Part shown: positions 9,938 to 20,318 of the stretch, piece by piece | Layout: the number at the start of each line of letters is the position of its first letter | Position numbering within the stretch: position 1 is the stretch's first letter | Sequence record: OP870144.1 | DNA length: 64,000 bases | Origin: Escherichia phage vB_Eco_F25 | Strand: one strand, 5' to 3' | The notes under the pieces: model-generated | What the model was told of the DNA's origin: nothing | Databases searched by the model: none | What the model saw: the letters and a program-made list of their open reading frames with translations, nothing else | Made by a program: the position numbers and the translations under genes

Positions 9938-10334
9938 ATACCCTATTACTGGAAGCCAGTTGCAGTTTTATCTGCTCAATATCATCAGGATTATCGATGA
10001 CCGAAAAGCGTATTTCTACTATCAGAGTATAATCATCATAAACCGGTATTACATTAACTGCTAATTTATCAATACGTGGCTCATAGTTTCTTACTGCGCT
10101 TTCGATATTACGCTCAACCGTGTCAGCAGTAAGAGGAGTCATATTCTCAAAAAGCTGGTCAGATAAATCACATCCAAATTCCGGGTCAAACGGTCTCGAC
10201 CCTTTTCTGGTTGTAATAATTCCCAAAAGGCTATTTTTAATTGACCTTAATCCAAGGGATCTGGAAACATCTTTGTTCCAATCCATTTTCATTTCCGGGT
10301 CAATATCAGAATAAAGCTTATTAATATTTGCCAT
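9936..10334 (-). CDS. 25: Baseplate wedge protein gp25
   Basis: 132-aa ORF (T4 gp25 length); recognised sequence; overlaps gene 26 stop. Confidence 0.92.
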   Translation of the reverse strand: MANINKLYSDIDPEMKMDWNKDVSRSLGLRSIKNSLLGIITTRKGSRPFDPEFGCDLSDQLFENMTPLTADTVERNIESAVRNYEPRIDKLAVNVIPVYDDYTLIVEIRFSVIDNPDDIEQIKLQLASSNRV

Positions 10335-10960
10335 TATAGTAACTCAAAGAACTCTTTGAGGCCTCTTATTACGTGAGCATGGGTTTTTCCACACTCTGGA
10401 CATTTAATTGGAACAGCCAAATAAACGGTAGGCTTTAAAAGCATATCTTTTATAGCTACAATATCTGACTCTGTGATGATAGAATATAAATCTTCCAGTT
10501 CTTTTTCATTTAAGTCTTCAACTGGAATGCTTTCCCCGTTAGCGTGAATCGTTTCTATGCATGATACTATCATATGGGCTATATTTTTATCATCAAAAAT
10601 TTTAGGGTATCGGAATTTAATTTTAATGTCACCCAGTGTATACCAGAGGTCTTCTGATGCATCTATTTGTGTATGTAATAGATTTATATGGGTTGGTATT
10701 TCAGTTCCACAGGTGCACTTCCAGGAGTTTTCGTGATTAACTTCGCCGAGAGAATGTGCCCATAAATGAATCAGCAGTAGTTCTGATTCTTGGCGGTTTA
10801 AATCTTTTGCATTTGTGCAGTCTTTGATTAGCTTTTTAACAATTACTTCTACGGAACCATTATTTTTGGCAGTAATAAGTTCTAGATATTCTTTAAGCGT
10901 GAATGCGCGACAATTGATTATTTTAGAACCAACTCTCACATCAAATTTGTATTCATACAT
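10334..10960 (-). CDS. 26: Baseplate hub protein gp26
   Basis: 208-aa ORF divergent from gene 51, sharing an intergenic late-promoter region; T4 synteny and length. Confidence 0.88.
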   Translation of the reverse strand: MYEYKFDVRVGSKIINCRAFTLKEYLELITAKNNGSVEVIVKKLIKDCTNAKDLNRQESELLLIHLWAHSLGEVNHENSWKCTCGTEIPTHINLLHTQIDASEDLWYTLGDIKIKFRYPKIFDDKNIAHMIVSCIETIHANGESIPVEDLNEKELEDLYSIITESDIVAIKDMLLKPTVYLAVPIKCPECGKTHAHVIRGLKEFFELL

Positions 10961-10982
10961 ATTTAGCTCCTTTATTTATCAT

Positions 10983-10993
10983 ATTTATAAATA
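10983..10993. promoter_or_regulatory. Overlapping divergent late promoters for genes 26 (-) and 51 (+)
   Basis: TATTTATAAATA reads TATAAATA on both strands (10986-10993 plus strand, 10983-10990 minus strand) in the 50-bp 26/51 intergenic region. Confidence 0.55.
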
Positions 10994-11010
10994 GAATAAA
11001 AGGAGCATCT

Positions 11011-11760
11011 ATGGCAAACATTATTCGTTGTAAATTACCAGATGGTGTTCATCGTTTTAAACCATTTACGGTAGAAGATTATCGAGATTTTTTGTTAGTT
11101 CGAAACGATATAGAACATCGGTCACCACAAGAACAAAAAGAAGTAATTACTGATTTAATTGATGATTATTTTGGAGACTATCCGAAGACTTGGCAACCAT
11201 TTATATTTTTACAGGTATTTGTAGGGTCAATAGGTAAAACTAAAGTACCGGTCACATTTGTATGTCCAAAATGTAAAAAAGAAAAGACAGTTCCATTTGA
11301 AATATATCAAAAAGAATTAAAGGAACCTGTTTTTGATGTAGCTAATGTTAAAATTAAATTAAAGTTTCCTTCTGAGTTTTATGAAAATAAAGCAAAGATG
11401 ATTACTGAAAATATTCATTCAGTCCAAGTAGATGAAATTTGGTATGATTGGAAGGAAATTAGTGAATCAAGTCAAATAGAACTTGTTGATGCCATCGAGA
11501 TAGAAACATTAGAAAAAATTCTCGATGCAATGAATCCTATTAATTTAACTCTACATATGTCATGCTGTAATAAGTATGTAAAAAAATACACTGATATAGT
11601 AGACGTATTTAAGCTATTAGTTAATCCAGATGAGATATTTACTTTTTATCAAATTAATCACACACTCGTAAAAAGTAATTATAGCTTAAATTCAATAATG
11701 AAAATGATTCCTGCTGAACGTGGATTCGTATTAAAACTGATTGAGAAGGATAAACAATAA
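11011..11760 (+). CDS. 51: Baseplate hub assembly protein gp51
   Basis: 249-aa ORF; TATAAATA late promoter at 10986-10993; first gene of the 51-27-28-29-48-54 block. Confidence 0.88.
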   Translation: MANIIRCKLPDGVHRFKPFTVEDYRDFLLVRNDIEHRSPQEQKEVITDLIDDYFGDYPKTWQPFIFLQVFVGSIGKTKVPVTFVCPKCKKEKTVPFEIYQKELKEPVFDVANVKIKLKFPSEFYENKAKMITENIHSVQVDEIWYDWKEISESSQIELVDAIEIETLEKILDAMNPINLTLHMSCCNKYVKKYTDIVDVFKLLVNPDEIFTFYQINHTLVKSNYSLNSIMKMIPAERGFVLKLIEKDKQ

Positions 11761-12932
11761 TGAGTATGTTGCAACGCCCCGGATATCCAAATCTCAGCGT
11801 TAAATTATTTGATAGCTACGACGCTTGGAGTAATAATAGATTTGTTGAATTAGCTGCTACTATTACTACATTAACTATGCGGGATTCTCTTTATGGCCGA
11901 AATGAAGGAATGCTACAGTTTTATGATTCTAAAAACATCCATACAAAAATGGATGGAAATGAAATAATTCAGATTTCTGTAGCTAATGCAAATGATATTA
12001 ATAATGTTAAAACACGAATTTATGGATGTAAGCATTTTTCCGTGTCAGTAGATTCAAAAGGTGATAACATCATTGCTATTGAATTGGGAACTATTCATTC
12101 TATAGAAAATCTTAAATTTGGTAGACCATTTTTCCCTGATGCAGGTGAATCTATAAAAGAAATGCTTGGCGTCATTTATCAGGATCGCACATTATTAACT
12201 CCAGCAATAAATGCTATAAATGCTTATGTTCCTGATATTCCATGGACTAGCACATTTGAAAACTATTTGTCATATGTAAGAGAAGTTGCTCTAGCTGTAG
12301 GAAGCGACAAATTTGTATTTGTGTGGCAAGACATCATGGGAGTTAACATGATGGACTATGATATGATGATAAATCAAGAACCATATCCAATGATTGTCGG
12401 TGAGCCGTCTTTAATAGGTCAATTCATCCAAGAATTAAAATATCCATTAGCATATGATTTCGTTTGGTTGACTAAATCGAATCCTCACAAACGCGACCCA
12501 ATGAAAAATGCTACTATTTATGCTCATTCATTTTTAGATTCTTCATTGCCAATGATTACTACAGGAAAGGGCGAAAACTCTATTGTAGTGTCAAGGTCAG
12601 GTGCTTATTCTGAAATGACTTATAGGAATGGCTATGAAGAAGCTATTCGTCTTCAAACTATGGCACAATATGACGGCTATGCTAAATGTTCTACTGTCGG
12701 TAATTTTAACTTGACTCCTGGCGTTAAAATTATTTTTAATGATAGTAAAAACCAATTTAAAACAGAATTTTACGTTGATGAAGTTATCCATGAATTATCC
12801 AATAATAATTCAGTAACTCATCTATATATGTTCACTAATGCAACGAAACTGGAAACAATAGACCCAGTTAAGGTTAAAAATGAATTTAAATCTGATACTA
12901 CCACTGAAGAAAGTAGTTCTTCCAATAAGTAA
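11760..12932 (+). CDS. 27: Baseplate hub protein gp27
   Basis: 390-aa ORF; start overlaps gene 51 stop (TAATG); T4 synteny and length. Confidence 0.92.
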   Translation: MSMLQRPGYPNLSVKLFDSYDAWSNNRFVELAATITTLTMRDSLYGRNEGMLQFYDSKNIHTKMDGNEIIQISVANANDINNVKTRIYGCKHFSVSVDSKGDNIIAIELGTIHSIENLKFGRPFFPDAGESIKEMLGVIYQDRTLLTPAINAINAYVPDIPWTSTFENYLSYVREVALAVGSDKFVFVWQDIMGVNMMDYDMMINQEPYPMIVGEPSLIGQFIQELKYPLAYDFVWLTKSNPHKRDPMKNATIYAHSFLDSSLPMITTGKGENSIVVSRSGAYSEMTYRNGYEEAIRLQTMAQYDGYAKCSTVGNFNLTPGVKIIFNDSKNQFKTEFYVDEVIHELSNNNSVTHLYMFTNATKLETIDPVKVKNEFKSDTTTEESSSSNK

Positions 12933-13413
12933 TAAAGAAGTTTCTATTCCTAAAATGGGTCTTAAACATTATAACATTTTAAAAGATGTTAAAGGTCCTG
13001 ATGAAAATTTAAAACTTCTTATTGATTCTATTTGTCCGAATTTATCACCGGCAGAAGTTGATTTCGTTTCTATTCATTTATTGGAATTTAATGGAAAGAT
13101 TAAATCTCGTAAAGAAATAGATGGTTATACTTATGACATTAATGATGTTTATGTGTGCCAAAGATTAGAATTTCAATACCAAGGAAATACATTTTATTTT
13201 AGACCTCCTGGAAAATTTGAACAATTTTTAACGGTGAGCGATATGTTATCTAAATGCTTGCTTAAGGTCAATGATGAAGTTAAAGAAATTAATTTTCTTG
13301 AGATGCCAGCATTCGTTTTAAAATGGGCAAATGATATTTTTACAACTTTAGCAATTCCTGGCCCTAATGGTCCAATAACTGGAATTGGCAATATTATTGG
13401 ATTATTTGAATGA
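12880..13413 (+). CDS. 28: Baseplate hub distal subunit gp28
   Basis: 177-aa ORF overlapping the end of gene 27; T4 length. Confidence 0.85.
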   Translation: MNLNLILPLKKVVLPISNKEVSIPKMGLKHYNILKDVKGPDENLKLLIDSICPNLSPAEVDFVSIHLLEFNGKIKSRKEIDGYTYDINDVYVCQRLEFQYQGNTFYFRPPGKFEQFLTVSDMLSKCLLKVNDEVKEINFLEMPAFVLKWANDIFTTLAIPGPNGPITGIGNIIGLFE

Positions 13414-15182
13414 AAAAGCCACAAGAAATGCAAACGATGCGTAGAAAAGTTATTTCAGATAATAAACCAACACAGGAAGCGGCTAAATCCGCTTCCAACA
13501 CTTTATCTGGACTTAATGATATATCTACGAAATTGGATGATGCTCAAGCTGCTTCTGAATTAATAGCTCAAACTGTCGAAGAAAAATCGAATGAAATAGT
13601 TGGAGCAATTGGTAACGTAGAAAGCGCAGTGAGTGATACTACTGCCGGTTCTGAGTTAATTGCTGAAACTGTTGAAATTGGCAACAATATTAATAAAGAA
13701 ATCGGTGAATCACTCGGGAGCAAATTAGATAAATTAACAAGTTTACTAGAGCAAAAAATTCAGACAGCTGGAATTCAACAGACTGGGACTAGTTTAGCCA
13801 CAGTTGAAAGCGCTATTCCTGTTAAAGTCGTTGAGGATGATACTGCTGAATCTGTGGGTCCTTTATTACCGGCTCCCGAAGCAGTTAATAATGATCCTGA
13901 CGCTGATTTTTTCCCTACCCCTCAACCAGTTGAGCCAAAGCAAGAATCACCAGAAGAAAAACAGAAAAAAGAAGCATTTAACTTAAAATTATCTCAAGCT
14001 TTAGATAAATTAACAAAGACTGTTGATTTTGGATTTAAGAAATCCATTTCAATTAGTGATAAAATATCAAGCATGTTATTTAAGTATACTGTCAGTGCTG
14101 CTATTGAAGCCGCTAAAATGACTGCAATGATATTGGCTGTTGTTGTTGGAATAGACCTGTTGATGGTTCATTTTAAATACTGGTCAGATAAATTTTCAAA
14201 AGCCTGGGATTTATATAGTACTGATTTTACTAAATTCTCTAGCGAAACCGGAACATGGGGTCCTTTATTACAGAGCATCTTTGATTCTATTGATAAAATT
14301 AAACAACTTTGGGAAGCGGGAGATTGGGGTGGTTTGACTGTAGCTATCATAGAAGGACTTGGAAGTGTTCTTTTTAATTTAGGAGAGCTTATTCAATTAG
14401 GTATGGCTAAATTATCTGCAGCAATTCTTCGAGTCATTCCTGGTATGAAGGATACTGCTGATGAAGTAGAAGGAAGAGCATTGGAAAATTTCCAAAATTC
14501 TACTGGAGCATCTCTCAATAAAGAAGACCAAGAAAAAGTTGCAAATTATCAAGATAAACGAATGAACGGAGACCTTGGTCCAATAGCAAAAGGATTAGAT
14601 AAAATTGCTAATTGGAAAACTCGTGCATCTAATTGGATTCGTGGGGTTGATAATAAAGAAGCACTAACTACCGACGAAGAACGCGCAGCAGAAGAAGAAA
14701 AATTAAAGCAACTTTCACCTGAAGAAAGAAAAAATGCTTTAATGAAGGCTAATGAAGCCCGTGCCGCAATGATTCGCTTTGAAAAATATGCTGATTCAGC
14801 TGATATGAGTAAAGACTCAACGGTTAAATCTGTTGAATCTGCCTATGAAGACCTTAAAAAACGGATGGATGACCCGGATTTAAACAATTCACCGGCAGTT
14901 AAAAAAGAACTTGCTGCTAGATTTTCTAAAATTGATGCTACTTATCAAGAGCTCAAGAAAAATCAGCCTAATGCCAAACCTGAAACTTCTGCTAAATCGC
15001 CAGAAGCAAAACAAGTCCAGGTAATAGAAAAGAACAAAGCACAGCAAGCTCCTGTTCAACAAGCATCTCCTTCGATCAATAATACTAATAACGTTGTTAA
15101 GAAAAATACTGTCGTTCATAATATGACACCCGTAACGAGCACGACTGCTCCTGGTGTATTTGATGCGACTGGAGTTAATTAA
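13410..15182 (+). CDS. 29: Baseplate hub / tail length determinator gp29
   Basis: 590-aa ORF, ATGA-overlapped start, long alpha-helical tape-measure-like composition; T4 length. Confidence 0.92.
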   Translation: MKKPQEMQTMRRKVISDNKPTQEAAKSASNTLSGLNDISTKLDDAQAASELIAQTVEEKSNEIVGAIGNVESAVSDTTAGSELIAETVEIGNNINKEIGESLGSKLDKLTSLLEQKIQTAGIQQTGTSLATVESAIPVKVVEDDTAESVGPLLPAPEAVNNDPDADFFPTPQPVEPKQESPEEKQKKEAFNLKLSQALDKLTKTVDFGFKKSISISDKISSMLFKYTVSAAIEAAKMTAMILAVVVGIDLLMVHFKYWSDKFSKAWDLYSTDFTKFSSETGTWGPLLQSIFDSIDKIKQLWEAGDWGGLTVAIIEGLGSVLFNLGELIQLGMAKLSAAILRVIPGMKDTADEVEGRALENFQNSTGASLNKEDQEKVANYQDKRMNGDLGPIAKGLDKIANWKTRASNWIRGVDNKEALTTDEERAAEEEKLKQLSPEERKNALMKANEARAAMIRFEKYADSADMSKDSTVKSVESAYEDLKKRMDDPDLNNSPAVKKELAARFSKIDATYQELKKNQPNAKPETSAKSPEAKQVQVIEKNKAQQAPVQQASPSINNTNNVVKKNTVVHNMTPVTSTTAPGVFDATGVN

Positions 15183-15190
15183 GGAATAAT

Positions 15191-16285
15191 ATGGCAATTG
15201 TTAAAGAAATAACTACTGATTTAATTAAAAAGTCCGGTGAGAAAATTTCAGCCGGACAGAGCACTAAATCAGAAGTAGTAACTAAAACATACACTGCCCA
15301 GTTTCCAACTGGGCGTGCTAGTGGTAATGACACTACAGGGGACTTCCAGGTAACAGATCTATATAAGAATGGATTATTATTTACTGCATACAATATGTCA
15401 TCTAGGGATTCTGGAAGTCTTAGATCGATGAGATCTAACTACTCTTCTTCATCTTCGAGTATTTTAAGTACAGCTAGAAACACTATTAGTAGTACAGTAT
15501 CAAAATTATCAAATGGATTAATATCAAATAATAATTCAGGAACAATAAGTAAAGCTCCTGTCGCAAACATTCTTTTACCGAGATCTAAATCTGATGTTGA
15601 CACATCATCACATAGATTTAATGATGTTCAAGAAAGCCTTATCAGTAGAGGCGGAGGTACTGCTACTGGTGTGCTAAGTAATGTTGCTTCAACCGCAGTA
15701 TTTGGGGCACTGGAAAGTATAACACAAGGTATAATGGCTGATAATAATGAACAGATTTATACGACAGCCAGAAGTATGTATGGTGGTGCTGAAAATAGAA
15801 CTAAAGTGTTTACATGGGATTTGACTCCACGTTCAACAGAAGATTTAATGGCTATTATTAATATCTATCAATATTTTAACTATTTTTCTTATGGTGAAAC
15901 AGGTAAATCTCAATATGCTGCTGAAATAAAGGGGTATTTAGATGATTGGTATCGTTCTACGTTAATTGAACCTTTATCTCCGGAAGACGCAGCTAAAAAT
16001 AAAACACTATTTGAGAAAATGACAGCAAGTTTAACGAACGTTCTAGTAGTTTCAAACCCGACAGTTTGGATGGTGAAAAACTTTGGCGCAACATCTAAGT
16101 TTGATGGAAAAACGGAAATATTTGGTCCATGCCAAATACAGAGCATTAGATTTGATAAAACACCTAATGGTAACTTTAACGGATTAGCTATTGCTCCAAA
16201 CCTCCCTAGTACATTTACTCTCGAGATTACTATGAGAGAAATTATCACGTTAAACCGTGCTTCTTTATATGCGGGGACTTTTTAA
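15191..16285 (+). CDS. 48: Baseplate tail-tube junction protein gp48
   Basis: 364-aa ORF (T4 gp48 length) following gene 29. Confidence 0.92.
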   Translation: MAIVKEITTDLIKKSGEKISAGQSTKSEVVTKTYTAQFPTGRASGNDTTGDFQVTDLYKNGLLFTAYNMSSRDSGSLRSMRSNYSSSSSSILSTARNTISSTVSKLSNGLISNNNSGTISKAPVANILLPRSKSDVDTSSHRFNDVQESLISRGGGTATGVLSNVASTAVFGALESITQGIMADNNEQIYTTARSMYGGAENRTKVFTWDLTPRSTEDLMAIINIYQYFNYFSYGETGKSQYAAEIKGYLDDWYRSTLIEPLSPEDAAKNKTLFEKMTASLTNVLVVSNPTVWMVKNFGATSKFDGKTEIFGPCQIQSIRFDKTPNGNFNGLAIAPNLPSTFTLEITMREIITLNRASLYAGTF

Positions 16286-17250
16286 TGTATTCTTTAGAGG
16301 AATTTAATAATCAAGCAATAAACGCAGATTTCCAACGTAATAATATGTTTAGCTGCGTTTTTGCAACAACTCCATCAACTAAAAGCTCTTCGTTGATAAG
16401 TTCAATTAGCAACTTTTCTTATAATAACTTGGGCCTAAATTCAAATTGGTTAGGATTAACTCAAGGTGATATTAATCAGGGAATTACCACGCTAATTACA
16501 GCTGGCACACAAAAACTAATAAGAAAATCAGGAGTCAGTAAATATCTTATTGGTGCCATGAGTCAACGTACTGTCCAGAGTTTATTAGGCTCATTTACAG
16601 TTGGTACATATTTAATTGACTTCTTTAACATGGCATATAACTCATCTGGATTGATGATATACTCTGTAAAAATGCCAGAGAATAGATTATCCTATGAAAC
16701 TGACTGGAACTATAATTCTCCTAATATTCGTATAACTGGGAGAGAATTAGACCCTTTGGTTATTTCATTTAGAATGGATTCAGAAGCTTGTAACTATCGT
16801 GCAATGCAAGACTGGGTTAACTCCGTTCAAGACCCAGTAACTGGATTACGTGCTTTGCCACAAGATGTCGAGGCAGATATTCAGGTTAATCTTCATTCTC
16901 GTAATGGATTGCCTCATACTGCGGTGATGTTCACCGGATGCATTCCAATATCAGTGAGCGCTCCTGAGTTATCATATGATGGAGATAACCAAATAACTAC
17001 ATTTGATGTTACTTTTGCGTATAGAGTGATGCAGGCTGGAGCAGTTGATAGACAAGCTGCGCTTGAATGGCTTGAATCTGCTACTATAAATGGTATTCAA
17101 AGCGTTCTCGGAAATAGTGGAGGTGTTACTGGACTATCTAATTCGCTTTCACGACTCAGTAGATTAGGTGGAACTGCAGGAAGCATTTCAAACATTAATA
17201 CTATGACAGGAATTGTCAATTCGCAAAGTAAAATATTAGGAGCAATATAA
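16285..17250 (+). CDS. 54: Baseplate tail-tube initiator gp54
   Basis: 321-aa ORF overlapping gene 48 stop; followed by strong bidirectional terminator hairpin. Confidence 0.92.
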   Translation: MYSLEEFNNQAINADFQRNNMFSCVFATTPSTKSSSLISSISNFSYNNLGLNSNWLGLTQGDINQGITTLITAGTQKLIRKSGVSKYLIGAMSQRTVQSLLGSFTVGTYLIDFFNMAYNSSGLMIYSVKMPENRLSYETDWNYNSPNIRITGRELDPLVISFRMDSEACNYRAMQDWVNSVQDPVTGLRALPQDVEADIQVNLHSRNGLPHTAVMFTGCIPISVSAPELSYDGDNQITTFDVTFAYRVMQAGAVDRQAALEWLESATINGIQSVLGNSGGVTGLSNSLSRLSRLGGTAGSISNINTMTGIVNSQSKILGAI

Positions 17251-17254
17251 CAAT

Positions 17255-17285
17255 GGGGACCGAAAGGTCCCCATATTTTTATTTA
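17255..17285. terminator. Bidirectional terminator between gene 54 (+) and the alt.-3-like ORF (-)
   Basis: Hairpin GGGGACC-GAAA-GGTCCCC followed by ATATTTTT. Confidence 0.7.
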
Positions 17286-17569
17286 CGGAATGAAATGAAA
17301 GCAGCAACTGAAGCAACTAAACTGTCTTCAATATAAACTTCAATTTTTACCGGAGCTTCTGACTCAAATTTACCTGTTACTACACCCTGAAAAATACTTT
17401 CAGTCTGTTCTGGCTTTGAAAAATTTTCAGAAGGAAAAATTCCAAATTTTTTATCTGTTCCGAAAATTTTGATAAATTCATCATAAACTGCTTCATTAAA
17501 AGCGTTATCAGCAGGAATAACGCCTTCAACTACAAGTTCTTGACCTAAAAAGCGTAAAGAAGATTTCAT
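17279..17569 (-). CDS. Hypothetical protein (positional equivalent of T4 alt.-3)
   Basis: 96-aa ORF downstream of an early promoter at 17601-17630. Confidence 0.55.
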   Translation of the reverse strand: MKSSLRFLGQELVVEGVIPADNAFNEAVYDEFIKIFGTDKKFGIFPSENFSKPEQTESIFQGVVTGKFESEAPVKIEVYIEDSLVASVAAFISFRK

Positions 17570-17580
17570 TTTGTGTTCCT

Positions 17581-17632
17581 CATGTTATGTTAGTAAGACT
17601 ACTATAACACAACACGAGGGACTTGTAAACTA
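17581..17632. repeat. Copy 1 of a roughly 50-bp early promoter / 5'-leader cassette (partner at 31311-31362)
   Basis: CATGTTATGTtAGTAAGACTACTATAACACAACAcGAGGGACTTGTAAAC, identical to the copy upstream of alc except for 2 positions. Confidence 0.7.
17601..17630 (-). promoter_or_regulatory. Early promoter (GTTTACA-17-TATAGT) upstream of the alt.-3-like ORF
   Basis: Minus strand GTTTACAagtccctcgtgttgtgtTATAGT; near-identical to the alc promoter at 31333-31362. Confidence 0.6.
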
Positions 17633-17989
17633 CATTTTGAACTTTTAGTACGCGTAATAGGCATGCGTCGATTTTATACTGTTTCATTGTTTGAAGAGCA
17701 GTATCAAAAACAGCATTAATGACACCAATTGGATTTCCACCCAAGTTTTTAAGCTTAACTAATGATAGTTTCTCATTAACACCTATCATTACGATATGCA
17801 TCATTTTGTCGCCTGGTTTAACGTTTTATCTGTATCACCGCCAGAGGTGTATGTACAAAATCTAAATCCAGGAAGCACGCTTTCTTCGCCGGCTTGAATA
17901 GCAAAAATTTGTGGTATTTTATGCTTAGGATTTAAGTTAACAACCGGCGCCGAAGCGCCGTCAAATAATTCTGTAATAAGTTCCATGAT

Positions 17990-20077
17990 TTATCCTTGAA
18001 CGAACTTGTAAGGCATGTTTGCAATATCTATGCAAGACGCAATAATTCCAAGAGATGATTCTACTTTCTGTTTAACATTTGATGAAACAAATGATGCAAA
18101 GTCAACTCTATCTTCTATATCACCTGTCATTGTAACCAATTCACCAGTTTCCATTAAATGGTCTCCGTCATAGATTACCGATTCGGTGAGTTCTTCTGTG
18201 GTCATAACTTCAGCTTGAATGAGTTTTGTATTATTAGATGTTGTTCCGTCATTATTAGAAGCATCAGTTATTTTATTAACTTTGACCATCAATCCGCGCG
18301 GTAGAATAACTTCAGCTTCTGTTGCTATTCCGAGACTTCCTGGATATACAACATTAACTTTATGAGCTCCATCAATTGCCCATCCTATTTGAACTTTAAC
18401 GTATTCAGGATTTTCTTTATACGCTCTTATTTCGCTTGGATTAATAGTTATTCCTTCTTCATTTTTATCAACTGTCAATTCATTACGAGCTTCTGGTTCT
18501 AAAAGACCAATACCAGCATGTGTAATTCCAAAACGTCCAAAAATGATAGGAGTTAAAGAAGTAGATACAAAATTTCTGAAATAGAACACTTTATTTTTAA
18601 CTAGTGCTTCGTATATAGGAGCAGTCATGCTTTGAGCACGATAAACTGTAATGCCTTCTGGTATACGGTCACCATTTTCAAAAGCTGAATCTAAGTTATT
18701 TATAGCAGATTCAATTTCTTTTTCACTCATTACATCATATCGTTCTGGATTGTAACGACCCAAAAGAAGATTATTGATGTCAGTATATCCTGAACCACAA
18801 TACTCTCTAATGCCGCGCTTTTGTGATGGAGTATATTTAGAACCATCACGGGCAATAGTAATATCAATCATTGGACCTGCACCAATTCCAGAAAAACTGT
18901 AAATCATTCGTTTGAGGAATTTAGTTTTTGCTGCGTTCCAGGAATTTTTAGTTATTTCTTCCCAGACTTCATCTGGTTGTCCTTTACGATTTTTATTATG
19001 ATTAGCAAGCCATTTATCTTTATAATCTTCAAAGAATTGATTTACAGCTGCTGCGTATTTCTCTAAACATTTTATTGAAGTAGTTGGTTCATTTTTAATT
19101 GCATTAAAAATTACTTCTTTAATTTTTTCTGAAACTTCATTAACCTCACTTTTTGAAAAGAATTTATAGTCATAGTGAAGTTCATCTGCGGTTCCTTCGG
19201 CAATAATTTTTGCTGCCTTAGTTTTAGAAGCTAATGAATTAATTCCAAGCTTCATTTCTTCTGCTTCGGGAATTAAAGGAGCTGTAGCAGGTTTATTGAA
19301 ATTAGCTGCGGTAGATTCATATTTCTGGAATAATTCGCTTTCAAATCTAGAAGATTCTAATGACTGACTTTGCGCAATTGCTCTACGGGAAATTTTAACT
19401 TTAACGATTACAGCTTGGTCAGAACGTTTATCATTTTCTTGTGCAATAGATGCTGCAATTGCCTCATTTTTAGTTACTTGGGCTCCAGTATCTTTATTGA
19501 TATAAACATCACCGACTTTTGATTCAACTTTAGTAAAGAGCTCGGTACTAATTTCCGGAACTCCTGGAATGTCTTCTAGTGATACATTTTTGCGATGTAT
19601 AAGAATATATGCGTACTTTTTATCATAATCCCAGAGTTCCTTAAGAAGGACGTATCTACCACCTGAACGACTACGGATAAGTCTATCAGCAATAACTTGA
19701 ATTTGTCGAGCTTGGCCAGCAGTTTTAGACTTAAGAATACGAAGCATACAAGCATCAATTTTATATTGACGCATTGTTTGCATTGCAACAGTAAAAACTG
19801 AATTGATATAATTAATTGGGCTTGGACCAAGACCTTTTAATTTAGCAATTGAACCTTTAGCAGTTAATGTAAAAGGAACAATATGCATCATTTTATCGCC
19901 CATCTTTAAATCGCGATTAGTATCACCTCCAGATGTATAGGTACATAAACGAAAGCCTGGTTGTTCAATTGCATCATCAACATGAACTGAAAAAATTTGT
20001 GGTATTTTCTTCTTTGGATTTAAGTTTGTAATCGGAAGAGTAGTATCTTCGTCAAATAATTCTGTAATGAGTTCCAT
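17990..20077 (-). CDS. alt: Alt ADP-ribosyltransferase (virion-packaged, modifies host RNA polymerase)
   Basis: 695-aa ORF from second ATG (GAGG RBS 5 nt upstream); sequence MELITELFDEDTTLPITNLNPKKKIPQIFSVHVDD… recognised; late promoter TATAAATA on - strand at 20101-20108. Confidence 0.92.
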   Translation of the reverse strand: MELITELFDEDTTLPITNLNPKKKIPQIFSVHVDDAIEQPGFRLCTYTSGGDTNRDLKMGDKMMHIVPFTLTAKGSIAKLKGLGPSPINYINSVFTVAMQTMRQYKIDACMLRILKSKTAGQARQIQVIADRLIRSRSGGRYVLLKELWDYDKKYAYILIHRKNVSLEDIPGVPEISTELFTKVESKVGDVYINKDTGAQVTKNEAIAASIAQENDKRSDQAVIVKVKISRRAIAQSQSLESSRFESELFQKYESTAANFNKPATAPLIPEAEEMKLGINSLASKTKAAKIIAEGTADELHYDYKFFSKSEVNEVSEKIKEVIFNAIKNEPTTSIKCLEKYAAAVNQFFEDYKDKWLANHNKNRKGQPDEVWEEITKNSWNAAKTKFLKRMIYSFSGIGAGPMIDITIARDGSKYTPSQKRGIREYCGSGYTDINNLLLGRYNPERYDVMSEKEIESAINNLDSAFENGDRIPEGITVYRAQSMTAPIYEALVKNKVFYFRNFVSTSLTPIIFGRFGITHAGIGLLEPEARNELTVDKNEEGITINPSEIRAYKENPEYVKVQIGWAIDGAHKVNVVYPGSLGIATEAEVILPRGLMVKVNKITDASNNDGTTSNNTKLIQAEVMTTEELTESVIYDGDHLMETGELVTMTGDIEDRVDFASFVSSNVKQKVESSLGIIASCIDIANMPYKFVQG

Positions 20078-20100
20078 CATATCCTCTCTAGTGTTTATTC

Positions 20101-20108
20101 TATTTATA
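20101..20108 (-). promoter_or_regulatory. Late promoter (TATAAATA) for alt
   Basis: Minus-strand TATAAATA about 24 nt upstream of the alt ATG; consistent with Alt being a virion protein. Confidence 0.6.
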
Positions 20109-20129
20109 AAATTAAAGGCCCGAAGGCCT

Positions 20130-20318
20130 TTAGTAATCTAGTGGTAAGAGAGTACGATATATTTCAAACTTTGGTCCTTTTTCATAGGCATCAAATGTTT
20201 CTGTAAATTTATTATAAGCGTATGCATCTACAAATTCGAGAATGACTTGTGATACAGAAGTAGAAACATCTCCACCTTCTTTTTGAGCAATGACAATTGT
20301 TTCTAAGTAAGCTTTCAT
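20130..20318 (-). CDS. Hypothetical 62-aa protein, translationally coupled to DNA ligase
   Basis: ORF start overlaps gene 30 stop by 4 nt (ATGA). Confidence 0.5.
   Translation of the reverse strand: MKAYLETIVIAQKEGGDVSTSVSQVILEFVDAYAYNKFTETFDAYEKGPKFEIYRTLLPLDY

Larger units (their letters stand above)
17580..17986 (-). pseudogene. Truncated, frameshifted duplicate of the 5' part of alt (two ORF fragments, 17801..17986 and 17580..17804)
   Basis: Fragment 1 (MELITELFDGASAPVVNLNPKHKIPQIF…CTYTSGGDT) aligns to Alt residues 2-55; fragment 2 (MMHIVMIGVNEKLSLVKLKNLGGNPIGVINAVFDTALQTMKQYKIDACLLRVLK) aligns to Alt residues 64-120, in a different frame. Confidence 0.75.
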
